This document shows positions 21,802 to 29,302 of a DNA stretch of 64,000 nucleotides, one piece after another. The stretch's first letter is position 1. Each line of letters starts with the position of its first letter. The notes under the pieces were generated by a model. The model worked only from the letters and a program-made list of their open reading frames with translations, was not told the DNA's origin and searched no databases. The DNA lies in the NCBI GenBank assembly GCA_018262975.1, contig JADFDG010000008.1, forward strand, positions 24,986 through 88,985. The letters are read 5' to 3'. Source of the DNA: Gammaproteobacteria bacterium (GTDB lineage: Bacteria > Pseudomonadota > Gammaproteobacteria > Pseudomonadales > JADFDG01). The translations under genes and the position numbers were made by a program.

Positions 21802-21897
21802 GTAGCGAGGGGGCAGAGCCGCCGATGAATGGCGGGAAGGGCGTCGGGGGCACGGCCCCCTCTCTACGATGGGCTGCGGGGCGCAGCCCCTCCCTAC
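21802..21897. repeat. REP triplet (21802-21825 plus and degenerate, 21844-21867 minus, 21874-21897 minus variant)
   Basis: Lies between the start of the secreted-orphan gene and the radA stop. The last unit contains the radA stop codon (CTA at 21894-21896). Confidence 0.8.
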
Positions 21898-23267
21898 AGG
21901 GCGTCGATGGCCTCGGTGAGCTTGTGCACGCCGATGATGTCCATGCCGGCAATGCCCCCTTTCGGCACGTTGGCATGCGGCACGATGGCACGGCGGAAGC
22001 CGTGCTTGGCGGCCTCGCGCAGGCGCTCCTGGCCGGACGGTACCGGGCGAATCTCGCCGGACAGGCCCACCTCGCCGAACACCACCAGGTCGTGCGGCAG
22101 CACGCGGTCGCGCAGCGACGACACTACCGCCGCCAGCAGCGCCAGGTCGGCGCTGGTCTCCGCGACGCGCACGCCGCCCACCACGTTGGCGAACACGTCC
22201 TGGTCTCCGACCATGATGCCGCCGTGGCGGTGCAGCACCGCCAGCAGCATCGCCATGCGGTTGTGCTCCAGGCCCACGGCCACGCGCCGCGGGTTGCCGA
22301 ACGGGGAGGCATCCACCAGCGCCTGGATCTCCACCAGCAGCGGCCGCGTGCCTTCCCACAGCACCATCACCACCGAGCCCGGCGCCGGCTCGCCGCGCGA
22401 CAGGAAGATGGCGGACGGGTTCTTCACTTCCTTGAGTCCTTCGCCGGTCATGGCGAACACGCCCAGCTCGTTCACCGCGCCGAAGCGGTTCTTGATGCCA
22501 CGCAGCGTGCGAAAGCGCGAATCGGATTCGCCCTCGATCATGATCGAGCAGTCGATCATGTGCTCGAGCACCTTGGGGCCCGCCAGCGAGCCGTCCTTGG
22601 TGACGTGGCCGACCAGGATCAGCACGGTGCCGGTCTGCTTGGCGAAACGCGTGAGATAAGCCGCCGCCTCGCGCACCTGCGACACGCTGCCCGGCGCGCT
22701 CTCCAGGCCGGACAGGTAAGCGGTCTGGATGGAATCGACCACCAGGATGGCGGGCTTCAACTTCGCCGCCTCGTTGCAGATGGCCTCGACATTGGTCTCG
22801 GCGAGCACGGCGAGCTTGCCGGTGGGCAACTGCAGGCGGTGCGCGCGCATCGCCACCTGCTGCAGCGATTCCTCGCCGGTGACGTACAGCACCGGCAGGC
22901 GCTCGGCGAGGTGGCAACTGGATTGCAGCAGCAGCGTGCTCTTGCCGGCGCCGGGGTGGCCACCGAGCAGCACCGCCGAACCGGCGACGAAGCCGCCACC
23001 CAGTACGCGGTCGAACTCGGCGATGTCGGTGGCGATGCGCGGCACCGCGGCCAGGTCGATGTCACCCAGCGACTGCACGCCGGATTTCGCACCGGCGTAG
23101 CCGCTACGCACGTCGGCGAAATTGGCGTCGCGCGCGGTACCGGTTTCCTTCGCCACCACGAATTCGCTGAGCGTGTTCCACGCGCCGCAAGCCACGCACT
23201 GGCCCTGCCACTTGCTGTGCTCGGCGCCGCATTCGCTGCAGACGTACGCGGTTTTTTTCTTGGCCAT
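21894..23267 (-). CDS. radA: DNA repair protein RadA/Sms
   Basis: Zinc finger YVCSECGAEHSKWQGQCVACGAW, Walker A GGHPGAGKST, KNRFG motif, Lon-like C-terminus. The stop codon TAG lies inside a REP unit. Confidence 0.96.
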   Translation of the reverse strand: MAKKKTAYVCSECGAEHSKWQGQCVACGAWNTLSEFVVAKETGTARDANFADVRSGYAGAKSGVQSLGDIDLAAVPRIATDIAEFDRVLGGGFVAGSAVLLGGHPGAGKSTLLLQSSCHLAERLPVLYVTGEESLQQVAMRAHRLQLPTGKLAVLAETNVEAICNEAAKLKPAILVVDSIQTAYLSGLESAPGSVSQVREAAAYLTRFAKQTGTVLILVGHVTKDGSLAGPKVLEHMIDCSIMIEGESDSRFRTLRGIKNRFGAVNELGVFAMTGEGLKEVKNPSAIFLSRGEPAPGSVVMVLWEGTRPLLVEIQALVDASPFGNPRRVAVGLEHNRMAMLLAVLHRHGGIMVGDQDVFANVVGGVRVAETSADLALLAAVVSSLRDRVLPHDLVVFGEVGLSGEIRPVPSGQERLREAAKHGFRRAIVPHANVPKGGIAGMDIIGVHKLTEAIDAL

Positions 23268-23269
23268 GG

Positions 23270-24340
23270 TCAGTGCTGGTAGTCGAAGCGCACGCGGGAG
23301 GTGAGCCGGCAGAACAACTCGTAGCTGATGGTGCTGGCGTGCCGCGCCACCACGTCGGCGGAGAGGTCCTCACCCCACAGCACGGCCTCGTCGCCTACGC
23401 CCACCTGCGGGTGCGCGGTGAGATCGACGGTGATCATGTCCATGGACACCCGCCCGATCAGCGGCACCAGTTCGGTACCGATGCGCACCGGCGTACCCGG
23501 CATGGCGTGGCGCGGATAACCATCGCCGTAACCGATGCCGATCACGCCCACCCGCGAATCGCGCGGCGCGTGCCAGGTGGCGCCATAGCCCACGCTCTCG
23601 CCCTGCGGCACGTCGTTGACCGCGATGACGCGCGCGGCGATCGTCATCACCGGCTGCAGGTCGAACTCGAACGCCGCCTTGCCGGCCAGCGGCGAGCCGC
23701 CGTAGAGCATGATGCCCGGACGCACCGTGTCCAGGTGCGAGGCCGGCGCGGCAACGATGGCGGCGGAATTGGCGGCACTGCCCGGCAGGTGGTGACGCCG
23801 GGCGAATTGCGCCAGGCGCTCGAGCTGCGCGCGGTTCATCGGGTTGGCCACTTCGTCGGCACAGGCGAAATGCGTCATCACGCCCAGCGCGTGCACGCGG
23901 CCCTTCAGTTCACCCACCGCAGCATCGGCCACCGCCTCGGACAACCCCAGGCGATGCATGCCGGTTTCCAGTTTCAGCCAGGCGTCCACCGGGCGCGGCA
24001 GCGAGGTGCGGCGCAGCATGTCCAGCTGCTCGCGCTGGTGCACCACCACCGCGAAGCCATGCTCGGCCGCGAGGCGCAGCTCCTGCGCCGAACAGACGCC
24101 CTCGATCAGCACCAGCGGCTTGACTACGCCACCGGCGCGCAGCGCCATGGCCTCGTCGATTTCCGCCACGCCGAGTGCATCGGCATCACCCAGCGCACGT
24201 GACACCGGCAGCAGGCCGTGCCCGTAGGCATTGGCCTTCACCATCGCGATCACCCGGCTGCGCGGGCAATGGCGGCGCACCACCCGCAGGTTGTGGCGCA
24301 GGGCATCCAGCCGGATTGTCGCCACCACCTCGCGCTTCAT
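23270..24340 (-). CDS. alr: Alanine racemase
   Basis: The PLP-lysine region AMVKANAYGHG and the C-terminal racemase domain. Start at MKREVV (24340); an alternative at 24367 would overlap the dnaB stop. Confidence 0.9.
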   Translation of the reverse strand: MKREVVATIRLDALRHNLRVVRRHCPRSRVIAMVKANAYGHGLLPVSRALGDADALGVAEIDEAMALRAGGVVKPLVLIEGVCSAQELRLAAEHGFAVVVHQREQLDMLRRTSLPRPVDAWLKLETGMHRLGLSEAVADAAVGELKGRVHALGVMTHFACADEVANPMNRAQLERLAQFARRHHLPGSAANSAAIVAAPASHLDTVRPGIMLYGGSPLAGKAAFEFDLQPVMTIAARVIAVNDVPQGESVGYGATWHAPRDSRVGVIGIGYGDGYPRHAMPGTPVRIGTELVPLIGRVSMDMITVDLTAHPQVGVGDEAVLWGEDLSADVVARHASTISYELFCRLTSRVRFDYQH

Positions 24341-24353
24341 GCGTGCAGGCTCC

Positions 24354-25760
24354 TCATTCGCCACCAAAGTCGCCGTGATCGTCGTAGGCGAGGTTCTCGA
24401 ACTTGGTGTACTGGCCGAGGAAGGCCAGCTTCACCTTGCCGACCGGGCCGTTACGCTGCTTACCGATGATGATCTCGGCGGTGCCCTTGACCTGCTCGAG
24501 GCGCTCCTTGGACTTCGCGTCCTCGGCCTTGTTCAGGTACACCTCTTCGCGGAACACGAACATGATGATGTCCGCGTCCTGCTCGATGGCGCCCGATTCG
24601 CGCAGGTCGCTCATCACCGGGCGCTTGTCGGGGCGCTGTTCCAGCGAGCGGTTCAGCTGCGACAGCGCCACCACCGGCACGCCCAGTTCCTTGGCCACCG
24701 CCTTCAGCGAGCGCGAAATGGCGGAAATCTCGGTGGCGCGGTTCTCGCTGTTGCCGGGCACCTGCATCAGCTGCAGGTAGTCGACCACGATCATGCCCAG
24801 CTCGCCGCCGTTCTCGCGCGCCACGCGGCGCGCACGCGCGCGCAATTCGGTGGGCGACAGTGCCGGCGTGTCATCCACGTACAGCTTCTGCTCGCGCAGC
24901 ATGTGGAAGGCGGAGACGATGCGGTCCCAGTCCTCGGTTTCCAGCTGGCCGGTACGCAGGCGCGTCTGGTCGATGCGGCCCAGCGAACTGAGCATACGCA
25001 GCACGATCTGGTCCTTGGGCATTTCCATCGAGAACACCAGCACCGGCTTGCCGGTCTTGATCATGGCGTTCTCGGCAACGTTCATGGCGAACGTGGTCTT
25101 GCCCATGGACGGACGGCCGGCAACGATCACCAGGTCGCCCTTGTGCAGGCCGGAGGTCATGTCGTCCAGCCGCTCGAAGCCGGTAGGGATGCCGGTGACC
25201 GAACCGGGGTTTCGCGCCAGCTCGCGGATCTTGTCCACCACGCCGGCTGCGATGTCCTTGAGCGCCACCGGGCCACTGCCGCGCTGCCGCCCCTCGGCGA
25301 TCTGGAAGACCGATGTTTCGGCGGCGTCGAGCAGCTCGCCGACCGTGCGACCCTTGGGATGGAACGCGCCGTCGGCCACTTCGTTGGCCACGCGGATGAG
25401 CTGGCGCAGGATGGAGCGGTCCCGCACGATGTCGGCGTAGGCCATGATGTTGGCCGCGCTGGGCGTGTTGCGCGCCAGCTCGCCGAGGTAGACCAGGCCG
25501 CCGGCCTCGTCCAGCTGGTGCTTGCGCGTCAGCGCCTCGGACACCGTGATCACGTCGAACGGCTGGTTGGCCTCGTGCAGCTCGCAGAGCACGGCGTACA
25601 CCAGGCGATGGTCGTGACGGTAGAAATCATCGGGCAGCACGCGGTCGACCACGTCGTCCATCGCGCGGTTGTTGAGCATGAGGCCGCCCAGCACCGACTG
25701 CTCCGCTTCGACGGAGTGCGGTGGCACCTTCAGGCTTTCGACGGTACTGGAATCGGCCAT
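24354..25760 (-). CDS. dnaB: Replicative DNA helicase
   Basis: PPHSVEAEQSVLGGLM N-terminus and Walker A AGRPSMGKTTFA. Start at MADSSTVES (25760). Confidence 0.95.
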   Translation of the reverse strand: MADSSTVESLKVPPHSVEAEQSVLGGLMLNNRAMDDVVDRVLPDDFYRHDHRLVYAVLCELHEANQPFDVITVSEALTRKHQLDEAGGLVYLGELARNTPSAANIMAYADIVRDRSILRQLIRVANEVADGAFHPKGRTVGELLDAAETSVFQIAEGRQRGSGPVALKDIAAGVVDKIRELARNPGSVTGIPTGFERLDDMTSGLHKGDLVIVAGRPSMGKTTFAMNVAENAMIKTGKPVLVFSMEMPKDQIVLRMLSSLGRIDQTRLRTGQLETEDWDRIVSAFHMLREQKLYVDDTPALSPTELRARARRVARENGGELGMIVVDYLQLMQVPGNSENRATEISAISRSLKAVAKELGVPVVALSQLNRSLEQRPDKRPVMSDLRESGAIEQDADIIMFVFREEVYLNKAEDAKSKERLEQVKGTAEIIIGKQRNGPVGKVKLAFLGQYTKFENLAYDDHGDFGGE

Positions 25761-25793
25761 GGCGGCAGGCGCTGTCCCGGGGAAAAGAGGCTG

Positions 25794-25826
25794 AAAAAAA
25801 GAAGCCCCGCCTTGCGGCAGGGCTTC
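25794..25826 (-). terminator. Rho-independent terminator after rplI (end of the rpsF-priB-rpsR-rplI operon)
   Basis: The minus strand reads GAAGCCCTGCC-GCAA-GGCGGGGCTTC followed by TTTTTTT. Confidence 0.85.
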
Positions 25827-25903
25827 GATTCTCGCACCGGGTCGGGTGGGGGGCAATCAGGCCAGGCGTGGCCGACTGCTCCCTGCGACACCGTCTGTCG
25901 CCA

Positions 25904-26350
25904 TCACTCCGGCACGACGGCCAGCTTGATGGTGGCTTCCACGTCGCTGTGCACGCGCACGACGATGTCGTACTCGCCGCACACGCGCAGCGCGCCGTTC
26001 GGCAGCAGCACTTCGCTCTTGGCGACTTCGAAGCCGGCGGCCGTGGCGGCCTCGGCGATGTCACGCGTGCCGACGGAACCGAACAGCTTGCCGCCTTCGC
26101 CGGCCTTGGCCGCGAGGGTGACAACGGCACCGTTCAGCTTCTCGGCGCGGGCCTGGGCGGCGGCCAGCTGCGCGGCGAACTGGGCTTCCAGTTCGGCGCG
26201 ACGCTTCTCCACCTCGGCGATGTTCTCCTTGGTCGCCGGCTTGGCCTTGCCTTGCGGGATCAGGAAGTTGCGGCCGAAACCGGCTTTTACTTTGACGACT
26301 TCGCCCAGGTTGCCCAGGTTGGCGATGCGCTCAAGCAGGATGACTTGCAT
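25904..26350 (-). CDS. rplI: 50S ribosomal protein L9
   Basis: [36 protein letters not shown]. Confidence 0.97.
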   Translation of the reverse strand: MQVILLERIANLGNLGEVVKVKAGFGRNFLIPQGKAKPATKENIAEVEKRRAELEAQFAAQLAAAQARAEKLNGAVVTLAAKAGEGGKLFGSVGTRDIAEAATAAGFEVAKSEVLLPNGALRVCGEYDIVVRVHSDVEATIKLAVVPE

Positions 26351-26377
26351 GTTGGCTTGCTCCTTGAGTCCGGTCGC

Positions 26378-26608
26378 TTATTGCTGCTGGCTGTCGGCGT
26401 ACTGCAGCAGGGCGAGGAAACGCGCCTGCTTGATCGCCGTGGACAGCTGGCGCTGGTAACGCGCGCGGGTGCCGGTGATGCGGCTCGGAACGATCTTGCC
26501 GGTCTCGCTGACGTACTGCTTGAGGGTCTCGAGATCCTTGAAATCGATGTATTCGACGCCTTCGGCCGTGAAGCGGCAGAACTTGCGACGACGGTAAAAA
26601 CGCGCCAT
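26378..26608 (-). CDS. rpsR: 30S ribosomal protein S18
   Basis: [42 protein letters not shown]. Confidence 0.97.
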   Translation of the reverse strand: MARFYRRRKFCRFTAEGVEYIDFKDLETLKQYVSETGKIVPSRITGTRARYQRQLSTAIKQARFLALLQYADSQQQ

Positions 26609-26655
26609 GGCTCTATTCTCCTGTCACGCGCGGCATTCGTGTGGGCCGCCGTGAA

Positions 26656-26976
26656 CTATTCGTGATGACTTGTGTCGTCCAGCACCTGGATACGCGTGGC
26701 GTGCACCAGGATACCTTCGCCCTTGAAACCCGACTTCGTGAGGAAGCCTTCTATCCCGACCCGCTGCCCGACATTCAATGCGCGGGCGATGGTGCCGAGC
26801 TCCTCTCCCGCGATCTTCACGTCGATCCGGCAGCGCGCTTCGCGCGGTATGCCGGCTTCGACCTGCCGTGACCGGTGTTCGATGCTGATGCGCTGCTGGG
26901 GGATCCCGGCGGGACTCACCCGTCTTGCGCCCACATCGACGACCAGGCCGGTGATCGTCAGGCGGTTGGCTTCCAC
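26656..26976 (-). CDS. priB: Primosomal replication protein N (PriB)
   Basis: 106-aa OB-fold protein sitting between rpsF and rpsR, the canonical position. NRLTITGLVV...ISIEH pattern. Confidence 0.85.
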   Translation of the reverse strand: MEANRLTITGLVVDVGARRVSPAGIPQQRISIEHRSRQVEAGIPREARCRIDVKIAGEELGTIARALNVGQRVGIEGFLTKSGFKGEGILVHATRIQVLDDTSHHE

Positions 26977-26984
26977 GCCGCTGG

Positions 26985-27392
26985 TCAGCCCTCGTTTTCC
27001 TCGGTGGATTCCGTTTCACGCGGCTGGCGCTCACCACGCTCGCCACGGTCGCCTTCCGGACGGCGGCGCTCGGTGGCGGCCTTGGCCATCGGCGACTGCT
27101 CGGTGATGGCGTTGTCGCGGCGAACCACGAGGCTGCGGATCACGGCATCGTTGAAACGGAACGCGCTGTTGAGTTCATCGAGCGTCTTCTGGTCGCACTC
27201 GATGTTCATCAGGACGTAGTGGGCCTTGTGGATCTTGTTGATCGGGTAGGCGAGCTGGCGACGACCCCAGTCTTCAAGGCGATGGACAGCGCCCTTCGCT
27301 TCCTTGATGGCGGAGGTGTAGCGTTCGATCATTCCGGGCACCTGCTCGCTCTGGTCAGGGTGCACCAGGAACACCACTTCATAGTGACGCAT
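26985..27392 (-). CDS. rpsF: 30S ribosomal protein S6
   Basis: [25 protein letters not shown], with an acidic C-terminal tail. Confidence 0.97.
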   Translation of the reverse strand: MRHYEVVFLVHPDQSEQVPGMIERYTSAIKEAKGAVHRLEDWGRRQLAYPINKIHKAHYVLMNIECDQKTLDELNSAFRFNDAVIRSLVVRRDNAITEQSPMAKAATERRRPEGDRGERGERQPRETESTEENEG

Positions 27393-27484
27393 CTGGATGT
27401 TGCTCCTTACGGTCTGTGTCGGCCTCCCCGGTTGGACGGGTGAGGCAAGGTTGCCGGCAGGCCAGGGGCCCGCCGGGGCCGCGC

Positions 27485-27490
27485 ATTCTA
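27485..27490 (-). promoter_or_regulatory. Candidate -10 box TAGAATGCGCGG for the rpsF-priB-rpsR-rplI operon
   Basis: About 93 nt upstream of the rpsF ATG on the minus strand. Confidence 0.45.
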
Positions 27491-27508
27491 CAGACTTCCC
27501 TCCCCCTT

Positions 27509-27579
27509 GTAGAGAGGGGGGTCATGCCCACGACTGCTCTTCCGCAAACCATCGATCGGGGGCATGGCCCCCTCTCTAC
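27509..27579. repeat. REP inverted doublet (27509-27533 plus, 27556-27579 minus)
   Basis: Lies upstream of the rpsF promoter region and of the 27705 gene. Confidence 0.85.
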
Positions 27580-27704
27580 AGGGGAGGAAGCAGGGCCGTT
27601 TATCCGGGTTTACGTTGCGTAACAGTGCCGCAGGTGGGTACCATCTCAAGACGCGCGTCACACTTTTCCAACTAAAACAATAAAATCAACGAGTTGGCAG
27701 AGCC

Positions 27705-28469
27705 ATGCACGGCCAGTCCCGCCCCCGTTCCCTGCTGGTACCCCTCCTTGCGGCCGCTGTCCTGGCCGCCGGGTGCCCGCTCGCGCTCGCGTCAGAGGAC
27801 CTGACCCCGCGCCCGCAGCGCGTCTTCACCGAGAAGCCGCGCATCGAGGACTACTCCGACTACAACGCCTTCCTGGTCGATATCATGGAATTCCGCCGGC
27901 AGAAGGCCGAGCGGGATGCCGCCCGCGCTGCGGCAAAAGCAGTCACCAGCGGCCCGGTCGACGACCAGGCGCTGGCCGGCGTGAACGGTGCCAACGGCGT
28001 CATCGACCCCGAGGTCTACCGCATCCGCGGCCCCGAGTCGCTGGAAGACGCGCTGGCCCGCGCGCGCAAGCTGCCGCACCCGGTCTACGAGGAACAGGAA
28101 CGCTACGGCCGCACCACCTCGCAGAGCTTCCCCATCACCGAGATGGAGCGCGACGACATGTCGGTGAACGACGTGGCCGGCGAACTGCATGACCTGCAGG
28201 CCGTGCAGCCCGAGTCGTACCGGGATCCGTCGGCGGAAGAGCACACCACCCGGGTAACCACCACCAACCCGGACAACGTCGACGAGACCCAGGCCAAGCA
28301 GGCTTTCGAGGGCACCGACGACGCCTACGAAGTGGCGATCGACACCGAGACCCGTTTCATCCGCGATTCCGACGGGCGCACCATCTGGGCGCCGATCTTC
28401 GTCAAGGACGAGGTGAGTTACACGGTGATCAACCGGCTGAACATCGAGGTGTCGGCGAACCACGATTGA
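27705..28469 (+). CDS. Acidic exported orphan protein (possible lipoprotein)
   Basis: 254 aa. Signal region LLVPLLAAAVLAAGCPLALA (either a lipobox LAAG-C or an SPase I site). No recognisable domain. REP doublets on both sides. Confidence 0.6.
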   Translation: MHGQSRPRSLLVPLLAAAVLAAGCPLALASEDLTPRPQRVFTEKPRIEDYSDYNAFLVDIMEFRRQKAERDAARAAAKAVTSGPVDDQALAGVNGANGVIDPEVYRIRGPESLEDALARARKLPHPVYEEQERYGRTTSQSFPITEMERDDMSVNDVAGELHDLQAVQPESYRDPSAEEHTTRVTTTNPDNVDETQAKQAFEGTDDAYEVAIDTETRFIRDSDGRTIWAPIFVKDEVSYTVINRLNIEVSANHD

Positions 28470-28479
28470 TGCGCGGCCA

Positions 28480-28529
28480 TCGGGGGCATGGCCCCCTCTC
28501 TACATGTAGAGAGGGGGCCATGCCCCCGA
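28480..28529. repeat. REP head-to-head doublet forming a perfect 50-bp palindrome
   Basis: TCGGGGGCATGGCCCCCTCTCTAC-AT-GTAGAGAGGGGGCCATGCCCCCGA, between convergent stops at 28469 and 28538. Confidence 0.92.
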
Positions 28530-28537
28530 CCCATCGC

Positions 28538-29302
28538 TCAGTTCCGCGCCTTCTTTACCGGCGCCTGCCGTTGCCGCGCCGCGGCGAACAGGAACACTCC
28601 CGCCGCCACCGACACGTTCAGGCTGTCCACCCAGCCACCCATGGGCAGCATGAGCAGGCGGTCGCAATGCTCGCGGGTGAGGCGGCGCATGCCGGCACCC
28701 TCGGCGCCCAGCACGATCGCCAGCGGCCCGGTGAGGTCGGCGCTGTAGAGTGACTCGGCCTTGGCGTCGAGCGCCGCGCCGGCGATCCACACGCCCTTCT
28801 CCTTGAGCAACTCCAGCGCGCGCACCAGGTTCACCACCTCGAACACCGGCACGGTTTCCGCCGCGCCGCAGGCGGTCTTGGCCACCACCGGGGTGATGCC
28901 CACGGCCTTGTCGCGGGTGATCACCACGGCATCGACGCGGAAGGCATCGGCCGAGCGCAGCACCGCGCCGAAATTGTGCGGGTCGGTGACGCCGTCGAGC
29001 ACCAGCACCAGCGGCGGATGCCCCAGCGACTCGATGTGCTCCGCCAGGTCGTTCTCGCCCGGCAGGCGCTTGTCGCGCGCACGCGCGGCCACGCCCTGGT
29101 GCTGGCCGCCGTCGCTGACCTTCGGCAGCTCGTCCTTGCCGGCGGTGCGCACGTGGATGCCGTGCCCCTGGCACAACTTCTGGATGCGCACGATGCGCTC
29201 GTCGTCGCGGCCGGGCTGCAGGATCACTTCCAGCACGCGGTCGTAATCGTTTTCCAGCAGGGACTGCACGGCGTGCAGCCCGTAGAACCATTGCACTGCC
29301 AT
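28538..29302 (-). CDS. rlmB: 23S rRNA (guanosine-2'-O-)-methyltransferase RlmB (SpoU/TrmH family)
   Basis: GVTDPHNFGAVLRSA, LVLGAEGAGMRRLT and SLNVSVAAGV SPOUT motifs. Canonical rnr-rlmB pairing with a 1-nt overlap. Confidence 0.9.
   Translation of the reverse strand: MAVQWFYGLHAVQSLLENDYDRVLEVILQPGRDDERIVRIQKLCQGHGIHVRTAGKDELPKVSDGGQHQGVAARARDKRLPGENDLAEHIESLGHPPLVLVLDGVTDPHNFGAVLRSADAFRVDAVVITRDKAVGITPVVAKTACGAAETVPVFEVVNLVRALELLKEKGVWIAGAALDAKAESLYSADLTGPLAIVLGAEGAGMRRLTREHCDRLLMLPMGGWVDSLNVSVAAGVFLFAAARQRQAPVKKARN

Noticed and set aside
24341-24367. A longer alr start at 24367 (MVANEEPAR...), and long N-terminal extensions of ribH, pgpA, dnaB, purA, hflK, tsaE, nnr, efp, epmB, hfq and fimX in the ORF track.
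   Set aside because: The extensions overlap the upstream gene or the intergenic REPs, and they are not part of the conserved N-termini of these families. Internal starts that abut or overlap the preceding stop were preferred.
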